Of a stretch of 64,000 nucleotides of DNA, positions 37,430 to 49,793 are shown one piece after another. The stretch comes from Amphiscolops sp. MND2022 (taxonomy: Eukaryota). Made by a program: the position numbers and the translations under genes. The notes beneath the pieces were generated by a model. It was not told where the DNA came from, did no database searches, and was given only the letters and a program-made list of their open reading frames with translations. Where the stretch lies: assembly GCA_964187785.1 (NCBI GenBank), contig OZ076412.1, positions 59,830,001-59,894,000 of the forward strand. Direction: 5' to 3'. Every line of letters starts with the position of its first letter. Position 1 is the first letter of the stretch.

Positions 37430-38700
37430 CACATAGGGTCAGCTATGATGGCTACATTCTGGTCTAACCCAAAAGGTTGATGCGTGGTCAAGTCCCATGG
37501 CGCAGGGACATGCTTCAAGCGCTCAAAGTGTCTAGTACGTAAAATCGTCCATCCTGCAGTACGTCGGTGACTTGGTGGGGCCCGCGCCGTTTGCGAATTA
37601 GCTTGTGTGTGTCTAATTTTTGTATTATGTGGCAAAAGACCCAAACAGCATCACCAACAGCGTGCGTTTTTGACTTCAGGTAATTGTCGAATTTTTGTTT
37701 TTGACCCAGCTGGGCCTGGTGGGTGTTTCTGGGAACGAGCTCTTCTGTTTATTGTTGTCGGGCAAAAAAAACCTCGACAGCGAATTCACGGTATATGAAC
37801 GAAAGTGGGATAGATATCTCAGCCCCATGCCGAGGCATGTATGGCAAGAATCCGATGGTTGCATGGCAGTTAGAATTGTAGGCTCCCAGTACTCCATCTA
37901 TGTGCTCATCCCAGTCCTGCATTTTGCGGGAAGTGTACACTCGGGGCAGGGTGAGCAGTGTCCTGATTTGTCGTTCCACAAGGCCATTGCCACGTGGATG
38001 AGCTGGGGTGGAGGTTACCTTGGTGACATTGGAGGCCTTTATTAGTTCTTGGGCTATTCATGCAGTGAAGTTGGTCGCATTGTCGGGTTTCATTCTTGCC
38101 GGTGTGCCATGCCGAGCAAACCACTAGTTGAGAAGTATATTGGCGGTTGTCTGAGCATCGTACGCGTCGTGGGCGCAAGTGATGCCTTCTGCAAATTTAG
38201 TGAAGTGATCGATGATGACTAGCAATCCCGTGTTTCCAGATTCAGACTTGCACAGATTCAGGTGGTCAAATTGGACAAGGTTGTTGAAGTTGCTACTGTT
38301 TATAATTTTCAAGGGATAGCAGGGGTTCCAAGCGGGATGTTTCGTTTGCTGGCATGTCAAGCAGTGCTTCATGTGGTTGACTACATCGCGCTTGATACCT
38401 GGCCAGGTGTGGCGTTCTTGTATCCTTGCCAGCACTTTAGCCACACCTTGTTGTCCTGACTCATCGTAAGCCCTGTACAAGAACTCACGCTGGTAACGTC
38501 GAGGCATGACAATCATGCACGGTCGTACGTGCATTACGCGTTGCTGCGAGGTAAAATTGACACACAAAATTTCATCTGGGTTCAGGAACAGCAGGTCTTT
38601 CTTCTGGTGGTAGTACCGCTTTGCGAAACCCTCGGGGAATACTGTGTCGTCCAATGTTTCTTCTTTCATTAATGTCTTCAATGCTAGGAGATAGACATCA
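37430..38700 (-). pseudogene. Gypsy integrase (HHCC zinc finger, rve core, C-terminal region)
   Basis: HTWPGIKRDVVNHMKHCLTCQQTK; LVQFDHL...GLLVIIDHFTKFAE; WDEHIDGVLGAYNSNCHATIGFLPY. Confidence 0.9.
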
Positions 38701-38989
38701 AGGTTCTGAGCCAGCCGTTAGTCTCTCAGGCCAAGCTGGGTCGATTGGTGCTCTTGCAGTTCCGTTCCTATCAATCGGAGGGCGTCCGCTTGTTGCTAGC
38801 ATGGTGCAGGTAGCCTCCTTAGTGCGCTCGGCCGTGTCAAAACGTGCCGGCGGAATAACGGTTGGTACATTAAGGATAGGCCTTTCATCTTCGAAGGTCG
38901 TAGGCCTTGATTCCCACTGCTAGGGATGTGGTACTAGGTCTGGTTTTCAGTCGGCTCTTGCTTCGTTTTTCCCTTATAGCACCCGGAAC

Positions 38990-39600
38990 TGAGCTCTCAC
39001 TCCGCTGGAAGTTCTGGGTGGTTTGGTATTGCTCGCCCGTGCTTATCTATGTATGGTACAATGGGAAGGTCCTCATAGTCTTGTTGAGATATGAAGATGA
39101 ATCCCTTGCTTCTTTCTGGCAGTTTCTCGAGGGTTTCGTCACAATGGACATAGTCATTGGTCCTCTTGCTCAGTCCTTCGGCATTCCTGTGTTGTGTGCG
39201 GGTTCGATGGACGGTCTTGAAGTGGTACAGGTCGAGGCGAGCAATCAAACATCCAATCATGCTTTGATCGATTGAATATGATTTCAGCCAGGAGAGGGCT
39301 TACTTATCTACGCGTAGCGTGAATTCTTGACTTGCGAGATACGAATGAAATTTTTCGATGAAGTAGAAAATGGCATACATTTCCAGTTTCGGGGCGCCAT
39401 AGTTCAGTTGTGTTCGAGTCAGTGACTTGCTGCCGTAAATGATGGGACGAAGGATGGTCTTTCCATTGTGTTCTTGTTCCTGTTGTAGGATCGCGGCTAT
39501 TGCTACTGCACTGGCATCCGTATCTAACACGAATCGTCCCTCCTCATTTGGGGCAGCCAAAGCGGTGGCTTGAGCTAATGCTTGTTTCACTGAATCGAAA
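38990..39600 (-). pseudogene. Gypsy RNase H
   Basis: FVLDTDASAVAIAAILQQ, YGSKSLTRTQLNYG, KLEMYAI, EFTLRVD, HRNAEGLSKR. Confidence 0.9.
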
Positions 39601-39699
39601 GCCGTCTGGTGGTTCTCGTTCCAAAAGAATTGCTAATTCTTTCGAAGTAGTTCCTGCATGGGTTGCACTTTGGAAATGAATGAAGTCACGATAGTAGTT

Positions 39700-40330
39700 C
39701 GCGAACACCAGGAAATTTTGGAGCTCAAGGCTTTCAGCTTTTGTATCGAGGAGGCATCCATTCTTGTGTTTTGGCCACTGCCTCAGGGTCTGGCTTTATT
39801 CCTTCTGTGGAGACTACTCTTCCGAAGTACTTTGTTTCTGGGCGCATAAAGTCACACTTTTCCGCTCGCATCTTAAAACCAGCTTTTCGGAGGCACTCGA
39901 ACACTTCTTTTATCCTCACTACCTGAGTCACGATTCTCTCCGTTGCAATGACGATGTCGTCGATGTATGCCCTGACGACATTCCCGTGTCGCTGTTGGAT
40001 TCTTTGTAAGGCTCTGGTGATGGAGCGCCGAAAGGTTCCTGAGGCATTGCATAGCCCAAAGAGCATGCGCCGCCATTCGAACATGCCTGTTTTACAGACC
40101 AACGCTGTCTTTTTGTGGTCACGTTTCTTGAGGGGGATTTGCCAGAAAGCCCATGCCAGGCGATGTTGGTGAAGATTTTGGCATTCCCAATCCGAGAGAG
40201 GCTCTCATCAATCCTGGGGAGGGGAAATGCGTCTTTCACTTTCACATCGTTCAGCGGCCTGAAGTCACAACAGAAGCGAAGTTCGCCTGTCTTCCTCTTC
40301 ACCATGACTATGGCCAATAGGAGGGTTGGG
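39700..40330 (-). pseudogene. Gypsy reverse transcriptase
   Basis: LRFCCDFRPLN, DAFPLPRIDE, EWRRMLFGLCNASGTF, YIDDIVI (39957-39968), KCDF. Confidence 0.95.
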
Positions 40331-41299
40331 TCAGTCCGAGGGCAAGCAAGTTTTGTACCTCCTGGTTGGCTTTGGCTGCTTTGTCCGGGGACATGCGCCT
40401 GGCTCCTTCTCGGTGAGGCACCACCTCTGGTTCTAATTCAATTCTGTTTTGCTACTTTACAGCGACCTATGTCGGCTTTGTTTTTCATGAAAAGGTCCTC
40501 GTACTCATTTATGATATCTTGCAACTTTTCTCTCGCCCCTTCCCCCCAAGAAGAAAAGACAGAAGAGACGTCAGTACCGGCTATTGCTTTCAGCAATTGT
40601 GGATCTGTCCTTCTTTTTATCTCAGTTTCTGACAATCGTACCTCTGACTTCTCAGTTGTAGATAAAATGTTCCGTGCAAAAAAACGAAATTCTGAACTAT
40701 TGTCCAAATCTAAGTCACAGTGCACTCGTTTTAAAAACTCAACTGGAAGCTTCAAAGCATCGCTTTTTTCTTTAATAGGAACAGAATTGAAGACAAAATT
40801 GGTGAGCACTTCTCTTCTGATGAGAGTTTTTCTCTTTATTCTCACCCTTCCATCCGCAGTTCGGTTTCTCAGGGCTAACAAATTTACATCGTCTTCTCCC
40901 ACTGAAGTGTATCTTCTGAAACAAATAATAAATTGGAGGTTTGGTTCCATGGGTGTACAATTATATTGCGAAAATAAAATGAGTTTGGTTGCTGAGTAAT
41001 AATCTTAGCACTCAATATTTCCCGTTCGAAAGGCCCTAGAATGGTTTCCTCGGCAGCAACGACAAACGATGGCTTTTGGTCACTAACCTCGTGAACTGCC
41101 CTGAAGATTCTAGGCAATTTCGGGTCTCTGATGGTTAATCGCATGGCCGTGAGGTCAACACGCACATTGTATGTGCGCAGGAAGATCCGTCCGAGTAGGA
41201 AGTCCTCGGCGCCGATGTGGTTTGATATGACTATGAAGTTGGTTTTTAGCGTGTGTCCTCCAAGCTGGAAGCAGACCTCCTCAGCAATGCCAATGTTAT

Positions 41300-41612
41300 T
41301 GCTGCTCGTGCCGTTGGCCGCGTACAGTTGGCCTTCGTAAGGTTAGATGCCTAGCGCATGTGGATCGGCTACTTTCTGATAGACGCTCAGCCATAGTATC
41401 GACACGCCTGATCCCGTGTCGACCATCCCAAACAATGGGATTGGTTCTTGAAGGGTGTTGCCGAAGGCAACCAACAGCGAGGCTCTTTCATCTATGCGAA
41501 CTTCCCCCGTTGCATCCTGTGCGCCGATGTTGTAGCACTTCAATTCTTGTCGGCCAAGGTATAATCCCTGCGGAAAATGTCCTTCCAGGACTACTACTGC
41601 GTCGAATTTCAT
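41300..41612 (-). pseudogene. Retropepsin aspartic protease
   Basis: LFGMVDTGSGVSIL, followed downstream by FLLGR in a shifted frame. Confidence 0.8.
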
Positions 41613-42029
41613 ATCGACACCGTCAACGTTAACAGCTATCGGAACTGGAGCGGTTGTCTTGACCTTCTCCAGGGGCGCAGTTTTGTCTCATCTTCTCTCA
41701 TGAAGTGGGGGAGAGGCCTGGAGGCCACGTCGTACTTCGTGTTTCTGCACACTTCTTGTTTCAGTTGGGCTAAGGTTAGGTCTTGGCGGTGTTGTTGTTC
41801 TGCTGATAGCATCAGGTGGATTGATATCATCGTTTCAGTGCAGTTTGGTGCGGGGGCTTCCAGTGTGGTTAGGACTTGCATTTTGCCACAGGTCGTGATG
41901 GTCCCCCAGCTTCCGCCACCGCGATCACTCGTATCTGGTTGTCGGATTCCATGTTTTCCACATGTGGGCTCATTGGGGCGTACCACGCTGCTCTCACTTG
42001 TTCTACTTGCCTAGTGGTTTCAGGCGCTA

Positions 42030-44094
42030 TACATTCGGATGCCGAATGCCTCGTTTGTCCACAATTGATGTAGAAGGCTACGGTCCCATGAATCGGCAGC
42101 GTTGCTAAGTATGTTCGTGGTTTACTCCATGTGGCTTCGAGGGTCAGGTCTACCTGCCAGATGGGCTGGTGTGGCACGAGTTGACTTGCTGTGGTATCGG
42201 TTTGCGGGCTTTGTCCTTCAGGGGACAATCTATCACGAAATGTGATGGGTCACCACAATTGAAACACGCTCGCTGGTGCTGTTGTCGATAAGTCACTGGC
42301 CGCGGGGGTACCTGCTGCGCTTTGGGTACCGGCGGAGGAGCGATTGGTTGTTGAACCTGATTGGGTTGGTTTTGCAGGGGAGCTGGCGGTTGCAGGGCTG
42401 GCAAAAAATGATCAGTGCGAGCGGAGCCACGCATACGCAGGTGTTGCTGCATTGTGATTCTCAACGCTTCCACTGTGTGTGGTTCCTCAGCGTATTTTTC
42501 TTGCGCATACATCAGGGCTATGTTGCGTTTCAGTTCAAAGTTACGGACTCCGTCAATAAACGGTTGCATAATTTCATGTCGTCGCACCGCTACTTCTTCA
42601 TTCGGGAAGCCTTGGCTACGCAAGCCTTCCAGGTCATCGAGATACTGCATGTAGTCCTCCTCACTAAGTTGGTTGCGGGTTCGAAATTGCGGTTGCTTGT
42701 GGATTTTGCTGGATCCCGTTCCGGCGCGCTAGCAGTGCTAAGACTTTCTCATCGGTATCTCTTTCCGCTTCGGGTTTGTTGGTAAGGTAGTCCCTCGCTT
42801 CATGCTCCAGATACTCGATTATTGTCCAGGCCTTGTCGAGAGGAGTTGCCTTGGCATGCGCTTTTTCCAGCTGGCGTTTCCTCAACATCATCCACCCTTC
42901 GGCATTTCCATCTCTCGCACCTCGATACTTCTCGATGCTTAGTTTTTTGCTTCTTTGACCGCTAGCAGCGGATCCAAAGCCTTGGAAATGACCGTCGAGA
43001 TTGCTTCGGCTGGGTTGTGTCCTGGGCGTGTCTGGAGAAGCGTCCTTCATTTCAACTGCGTCTTCTGTTTCACCTTGCTCTGGATCTAGGTTCCTTTTGG
43101 CATTAACTTTCCGCTGCGTGCTGGTAGACGCTGGTTTTGGAATGATGTCCCTGGAGGTCAGCCTAGGTGGATGAGTGATCGCACTGGTAAGCGCTATCTG
43201 GTATCGCATTTTTGTGTAGTCATACCGTTCGCCGCAGAGTAGTAATCTCCGGTATTGTATGCCCCGTGTGTAAAAGGGTCGAATGAGGAAACGTCGGTCA
43301 TGGGGTCCGTCCCCGCACGCGCGACTCTGCGTGCATCACTCTCGCCATTTTGCTCGCATTCGTCGAATCTTTTTTGTACGTCGCGGGCGGTTTCAATTTA
43401 GGTAGTGTCACCTTCTCTCCACTAGGTTGCGCTATCTTTCTGTATGTGACCTGTGTTGGTGGGGGACCAGCACAGGTAGAGTGCATGTTCGCCAGCTTGA
43501 ACGCCAGAGGCGCTGAAGCCGCACGGGCTGGCGCAGCTGCCGTTTGTGACACTACTGTTTTCACTTCCTGTGTCAGATCTTGCATCATCGTCATCAGATC
43601 TATCATACGATTGTTTGCTTTGGAGTCTCGGCGCTGCATTATGTCCGACATTAACTTCAGGCGTTCGTCAGCCTGCCGGTTCTTTTCCTTCATGATTGCC
43701 GACATTTGGGACATGCGCGTGGAAGCCAAATTTCACGTTGCTTGATAGAGGCCATACACGCTTCTTATTCCCCCTGGCTCCTACGCCCGCCGGCCTGTAC
43801 CTCCGGGAGTCCTTTTCCCATCTCCTCCATGTCTCTCATATATACGTCTGCCCGCATGGCGTGCTCGTTATTCTTGCGCGCTAACCGCGACTGCACCTGC
43901 GTTAGCTGGGCCAACTTGTTTCTAAAGTCTTCCCTTATGGCTTTGGATTCCTTTATACCTCTCAAGATGGTTGAGTCAGGAGCCGTGGTACTGCCCTCTC
44001 TAGACCCCCGGAGTGCAATCTGATTGTTATTGTTCCTTGCTGTCTCAGCGGGTAGTCGTTTTTGACCGGCTTGCCTGTTTGATGTTTTACCCAC
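42030..44094 (-). pseudogene. Gag-like polyprotein with CCHC zinc knuckles
   Basis: Fragments 43765-44094, 43298-43729, 42664-43209 and 42150-42650. Knuckle CFNCGDPSHFVIDC at ~42225-42267 and a damaged second knuckle YINCGQTRHSASEC. Confidence 0.8.
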
Positions 44095-45090
44095 TTCCTT
44101 GCCTGTTTAATGGTTTACCCACTCCTTCCCTAGTCAAAAAGTGAACTAAAGACAAACAGAATTGGAAGTTTTAGAAGTTCTTCATCTAATGCTCAGACTA
44201 ACTACAGTAGCACTTCGTTCTGGAGCATTGCCTACTAGATTCCGCAAATTTCTGGGTCGAAAATAGCTGGCTAACTAAAAAAGACCTCTTGATTACATGC
44301 ACGGGTGCCAATCACCACTAAGCAAAACGGAAACGTTGCTTCTCCACTAATTGGAGATGGTTATGCTACGACGAGATTCGAGATTTGTTTTTTTTTAATT
44401 ATAACTACTGAAAACTACTAAATAAGACTACAAGCAGAGCTAATTTACGTTTTGTCCAGCCGTAGGCTATGCGATTGGAGCTAGAAAAGAGGTTATAGCG
44501 CTTCTAACAAATTTTTGGGTGATCAGTTGAGTAATCACGACGCTTGCACCTTGAGCGTGTTCTACGTTACTCGCACTGCCCCACTGCCCTTTGGTTAAAG
44601 AGCACAAGAGGGGTTACTATTGAAAGGGGACTCTGGGGACGGACCCTGGGGGTGAAAAGATACTAGGACACTTGCTGCTGAGAGATTTGTACAATTCCGA
44701 TCGTGATACGAACAAGGGAAACACTGTTTTCTGCACACAGAGAAACTACTGTACTAGATTGTATGTTTCGAGACGCGCTGCGTTTCTATTCTAGCTTTTC
44801 AAACGTGCCCTTAAACGCGTGCTCGCTTTTGCACGGACCTCTTTGGTTGGAGTATGCGTGAACGCAACTAAAAGTTGGCACTTTAACGACTTTGACAGCC
44901 GCCGAGAGGAAAAACACTATTTCACGTCTTTCACTACTACGTCTCAAAACATTTTTCTACCGGACCCAAGATCTTAGGGCTAACTTAGCTCTACTAAATG
45001 TGCTTCAGGAAGACGTGCTATGAATGACTGGTATAATAATGGGGTCGTTTGAGGCCTCGCCTGCGATTACGCTTGCGAAAATTGTGTGAT

Positions 45091-45620
45091 TTGTCATAAA
45101 ATTTCACAAAATCAACAACTTTTTCATCAATATGCACGTCTGGCAAAAGTGAAAATCACTTCTAGAGCTAGTAGCGACCGGTAATTTTCACAGAGTATAC
45201 TACAGGGGCTGAATCGTGAGAAACTGAACAGGAGACCGTTGCCTTAACCCAACCTAGACCTTAGTTTTTATTCCCAAAGCGGTCTGATTTATCGTAAAAT
45301 TCCACAAAAACAACAATTTTTGCATCAATATGCACGTCTGGCAAAAGTGAAAATCACTTTTAGAGCTAGTAGCGACCAGTATTTTTCACAGAGTATAGTA
45401 CAGGGGCTGAATCATGAGAAACTGAACAGGAGGCCGTTGCCTTAACCCAACCTAGACCTTAGTTTTTATTCCCAAAGCGGGCTGATTTATCGTAAATTTT
45501 CAAAAATCAACAATTTTTTCATCAATATGCACGTCTGAGAAAAGTGAAAATCAATTCTAGAACTAGTAGCGACCTTTAAATTTCACAGAGTATACTACAG
45601 GGGCTGAATCGTGGAAAAAT
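45091..45620. repeat. ~198-bp tandem repeat, about 2.7 copies, in the element leader
   Basis: aatatgcacgtctg recurs at 45129, 45327 and 45524. The junctions between copies contain the LTR fragment ctgaacagga(g)..cgttgccttaacccaacctagac..cccaaagcgg. Confidence 0.85.
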
Positions 45621-45964
45621 TACCTGATCGCGCTAAGATTGACTGTACGTGACTTACGGTCGCTTGACAATGTTGTTAGAAAAATCGACTATGTTGTGAA
45701 ACCCACAGAAATTTATCAAACTCGCCTTCCGGGTGTCCTAGCCACCTGACATGTTGTATGTGAGCGTGAATTTTGCCTAGGTAACAGAAAACCAGAATGG
45801 CGGGGTGCCCGGTGCTATATTCCGCAGTCCGAGTTGACAAAACTATGATGTACACTTGATGTCACTTTTTTGGGTCTGAATTCACAAAAATATCAATTTC
45901 TCGAAGTTGGACAGTAGCAAGCTGCTCAAAATGCCTGAATCGTTCCGGGATCTAGTTCCGTGCG

Positions 45965-46414
45965 TACGACGTAGGGTAGGAGGCAACCAATCGGAGGAAG
46001 GAGGATCGGTCGTGAAGGACGTCACTCCGTTTTCACAGCTGGTGGAAAGCTTCACACTTCGTCCTCGCGGTACTGATACATTGTCAACATACTGAAATAA
46101 AGCTACAGAACCCTTTAAAACTAGTTCCGGATAGGCCGGATTAATTTTTTCAACAGGTCTGACATTATCAAAATGGGTACACTGTCTGCAACCGTCTATT
46201 TTTGGTTCCAGACCTCAGAAACATGCAGGAAACGCAGGAAAAACACTAGTACAAAACCAGAAAGGTTAAAAAAAGGCAAAAAAAACGATTTAGGACTCTC
46301 CAGAAAGTTTTTCTAGATCCGGACCTAGCAGTGCCGGAAAGCAGGAAAATCTCCAAGTATGACGCAATAATGGAAAAAAAGTCCCTTGAGGGGCGCCATA
46401 AAAACTATTCCAGA
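45965..46414 (-). repeat. Copy 2 of the ~450-bp post-LTR leader (copy 1 at ~48115-48565)
   Basis: Collinear similarity from taggaggcaac..gatcggtcgtgaaggacgtcac to ggggcgccataaaaactattccaga. Confidence 0.85.
46381..46398 (-). promoter_or_regulatory. PBS-like site, copy 2
   Basis: TGGCGCCCCTCAAGGGAC matches 14/18 to the recalled tRNA-Lys PBS TGGCGCCCGAACAGGGAC. Lies 16 nt from the LTR end. Confidence 0.45.
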
Positions 46415-47128
46415 TGTAACGTCAAGCTAGCGGCTACATCTTAGAGTCGGGACGATGTCCAGATTGACTGAACAGGAGACCGCTGCCTTGACACAACCTA
46501 GACACTAGTTTTTAGTCCCAAAACGGAGTGAGTTATCGTAAAAGTTCACAAAATCAACTTTATTTTATTCAATATGCACGTCTGGGAAAGGTGGAACCTA
46601 GTAGCGACCTGTAAATGTCACAGAGTTTCACTACAGGGCCTCAGTTGTGGGACAATTACCACTGATTGCGCTAAGAATGACTGTACGTACCTTACGTTCG
46701 CTTGACAATGTTGTTAAAAAACCGACTATGTTGTGAAACTCACAAAAATTCGTCAAACTCGCCGTCCGGGCGTCCTAGCCACCCGAAATGTTGTATGCGA
46801 GCATAAACGTTGCCCACAAAACAGAAAAACAGGTCGGCGGGTTGCCTGGGGCTATATTTGGCAATCCTAGATGACAAAACTATGATGAACCCTTGATGTC
46901 ACTTTTTGGTTCTAGGTTGGACAGTAGCAAGCTGCTTAAAATTCAGAAATTGTCGGGATATAGCGACGTGCGTACGAAAATGCCAAAATTTTCGTGCTGG
47001 GATACCTACAAAGTATTGCACTGTGTTCAACTAAAATTCAATTTTTTCGACACTTTCATTCGATTTTTGAGCATAACTGCGGCTAAGATTTCTCAATCTC
47101 TAGTAATGCTACCGCTAGGAAAATTACA
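46415..47128 (-). repeat. Variant LTR (type B), 714 bp
   Basis: TGTAA...TTACA ends and the same length class as type A. Shares only the ~110-nt sense-3' (U5) end with type A. Followed by the same PBS/leader. Confidence 0.55.
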
Positions 47129-48531
47129 CCACTAACGCACTTTTTGCGGTCTACACGATAGTGTAATTTGGTTTGAGCTGCTCCTTCTAGGAGAGATTTT
47201 GACCTGTTCCAGAAACGCTACTCCAATGTTCCAAAAATGTCGCGACAACAAAACGTTCTTGGCTATTTCTCGCTAACTTCCGGTCAGAATTACTCGCGGT
47301 TTTCTGCGTTTGAAACGTTATACTCTATACTAACAGAAAAATGGCAACCGTAACTTGGCAGGTTCCAAATAAAGTCTCTCAAAAGTTTTTCAAGTTGTAC
47401 TTTTTACAATCTCGGAACAGTACTGAAAATCCGTATTTTGACCAAGAAATTTTTATTTCTTAGTTCTGAGACATTCTAAATGGACTTAGCAGTAGTGTAG
47501 GAGGGTGTAATAACTTTATTTAGGGAAGTGGGGCTTTTTCAACAATTATTTTTGATGTTATATCTCTCATGTCTATGGTGTCCTCTCTTCAGGTCTATGT
47601 ACACAAAAGAAAACCAAGAGTTAAAGTTTCAGTTTATATTGGGGAAGGCCAGGAAACGTCCGTCCTAGCAATAGCCTGTTGTACTACCAGGCTCGCGAAT
47701 AAGGCTTCTGGGCTGCTCTGGAAGCTTGCAAACAAACACCCAAGGCTTCGCCCTCACCAAATTGGGTAATTCAGGCCGAATTTGGTGTTTTTTCAAACAA
47801 AAATCGCTGAATTGTTCAATGTTATCACAATTTAGTCAAACAAAATGTTTTGTTCCTGACCTACCAGGTCCGGTGGACTTTTGTTTTAGTATTCCCACTG
47901 GCTGTACCCTTTCCTACAAAATTTTGACTTTCAAAATCTATAGAATCGACTTTTGCGCTATATAGGGCAGTATAATCAAAGTAGTTGCACTCAAATTTTG
48001 TAACAACTATTCTGAATACCCGCAGGGTAATTTTCATAGTTAGTTTACGTGGTTATAAGCCTGGGAATATGCTTTTTAGGCCACTAATTATGCAAAATGG
48101 CCATGTAATCCGGTTGACGTGGGGTAGGAGGCAACATATCGCAGGAAAGAAGATCGGTCGTGAAGGACGTCACACCGTCATCTCAGCTTGTGGAAACTTC
48201 ACACTGCATCCTCGCGGTCCGGAGACATTGCCAACATACTGAAATAAAGCTACAGAACCCTTTACAACCAGTTTCGGATGGATAGGCCGGATTACCATTT
48301 TTAGCGGTCTAATATAGGCAAAAGGGGTACACTGTCTGCAACAGTCTATTTTTTGTTCCAGACCTCGGAAGCATGCACGAAACGCAGGAAAAACACTAGT
48401 ACAAAGCCAGTGAGGCTATCAAAAGGCAATGAAAACAATCTAGGACTCTCGAGAAAATTTTCCTAGAATTCGGACCTGACAGGGCCTGAAAGCAGGAAAA
48501 CCTCCAAGTATGACGCAAGAATGGATAAAAT

Positions 48532-48549
48532 GTCCCTTGCGGGGCGCCA
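48532..48549 (-). promoter_or_regulatory. PBS-like site, copy 1
   Basis: TGGCGCCCCGCAAGGGAC, 16 nt downstream of the LTR end at 48566. Confidence 0.45.
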
Positions 48550-48565
48550 TAAAAACTATTCCAGA

Positions 48566-49291
48566 TGTAACGCCAAGCTAGCAGCTACATCTTAGAGACG
48601 GGACAATGCCCAGACTGCCTGAACAGGAGACCGTTGCCTTAACACAACCTAGACACTAGTTTTTAGTCCCAAAGCGGTCTCCTAGGGGACTTTTCAGTAC
48701 TTTCCGCACGTCTCAGGAGACTCCTCGTATGAGAGCTCCGTGGCCACGTGCCGGCACACTCAAACTCCTGACACGTCGCACAAGCACGTAAAAACGTTCC
48801 TAAAGGTTCCTGTGGTCCTACAGACTCGGGAGGTCCAAAAACGGGGGTTCAGCTAAAGTACAGTTCAATTAGATGTATAACGCCTAAATCCACCAAAATA
48901 GGGATCTAGTAGATTCACCATCATTGCCAATCTGCTAAACAACATGGATTAATATCAAATTTCACTGGAAATAGCACATTCTGATGTTTTTTGAAGTTTC
49001 CAGAGTTCTCTGGGTGAACCATTGTCGGTTTTTGATTCCTTTCCGGGTTTTTCAGGCAATCTTCTAGATTAAACGGCACACACCTGTGATTTTGGACGTT
49101 TCTTCGCTCCAGGGTTAGTATATCTCGTCTCCGGGTGGGTTTTGGAGTTTTTGAGCGTTTTTTCCTGCTTTTGCTTTTCAGGGACCTGCCAGGTCGGCCA
49201 TTTCGAATGATCTTACTTGATATTGCACACTTTTTGAAGTTCAACGAAATTTTCAAAAAAACTTTTGCAACGTCGTTTGCTGGACGCTACA
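48566..49291 (-). repeat. 5' LTR (type A), 726 bp
   Basis: TGTAACGCC...GACGCTACA. Homologous to 29651-30371, with 7 substitutions in the first 62 nt. Confidence 0.9.
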
Positions 49292-49574
49292 TCGAAAAAA
49301 TCGAAAAAAGGTTCTCTTATAACTCTTCAGGTTTTTAGTGTGTAAAGTTGAGGTAAATGAGATCTTTGAGTTAACCTGAATTCTGAAGTCTTAAAAGAGG
49401 TTTCTTTTGAATATTTTCAGACTGATTACAGAACTGAGCGAGACTGACCCCACCTTTGGCTTTTGGCACTGAGGGACTTTTTTGGAAAAAATTGGCCTTC
49501 TTTTTGGTTTTGTGATATTTTCAAATAAATCGCAATTTTTACCGTTTATTTCGAAATGCATTGAACCTTGCGAA

Positions 49575-49793
49575 GACGACGAAAAGGTAACTACATTGAT
49601 TTCGAATTGACAATCCCGGTCTTTTGGATAATGAATGCATCAAAAGAAACCTCCGGGCCTTGACGAATCAACAAAAAGGTAACGGTATCTTTAGAACTGA
49701 AAAAGTCCGTAATCATCTGAAAACCGTTTGATGCATTCATCCAAGAGACCCGGATTGTCAATTCGAAACCAATTTAGTTACCTTTTCTTCGTC
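49575..49793. mobile_element. Small MITE-like foldback with ~67-bp imperfect inverted arms
   Basis: gacgacgaaaaggtaact...gaatgcatcaaa pairs with tttgatgcattc...agttaccttttcttcgtc. Confidence 0.6.

Larger units (their letters stand above)
29651..49291 (-). mobile_element. Decayed Ty3/Gypsy LTR retrotransposon with a long 3' accessory region
   Basis: Homologous ~720-bp TG...CA LTRs at both ends. Domain order gag-PR-RT-RH-IN. All ORFs carry frameshifts or stops. No matching TSD (gctat vs tcgaa). Confidence 0.85.

Noticed and set aside
40115-40999. 294-aa plus-strand ORF, the longest in the track
   Set aside because: Antisense shadow of the Gypsy pol region, with no motifs of its own.
40438-41165. 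PR-RT spacer as a dUTPase
   Set aside because: Beta-rich, but none of the five dUTPase motifs is recognisable. Such spacers are common in Gypsy pol.
44095-44150. Splice acceptors upstream of the ATG-less gag start
   Set aside because: Two candidate AGs exist, but a local ~29-nt duplication breaks the frame, so no spliced model can be supported.
45091-45620. Tandem repeats as a CRISPR-like array
   Set aside because: Whole 198-bp units repeat, with no unique spacers and no cas genes. The context is eukaryotic.
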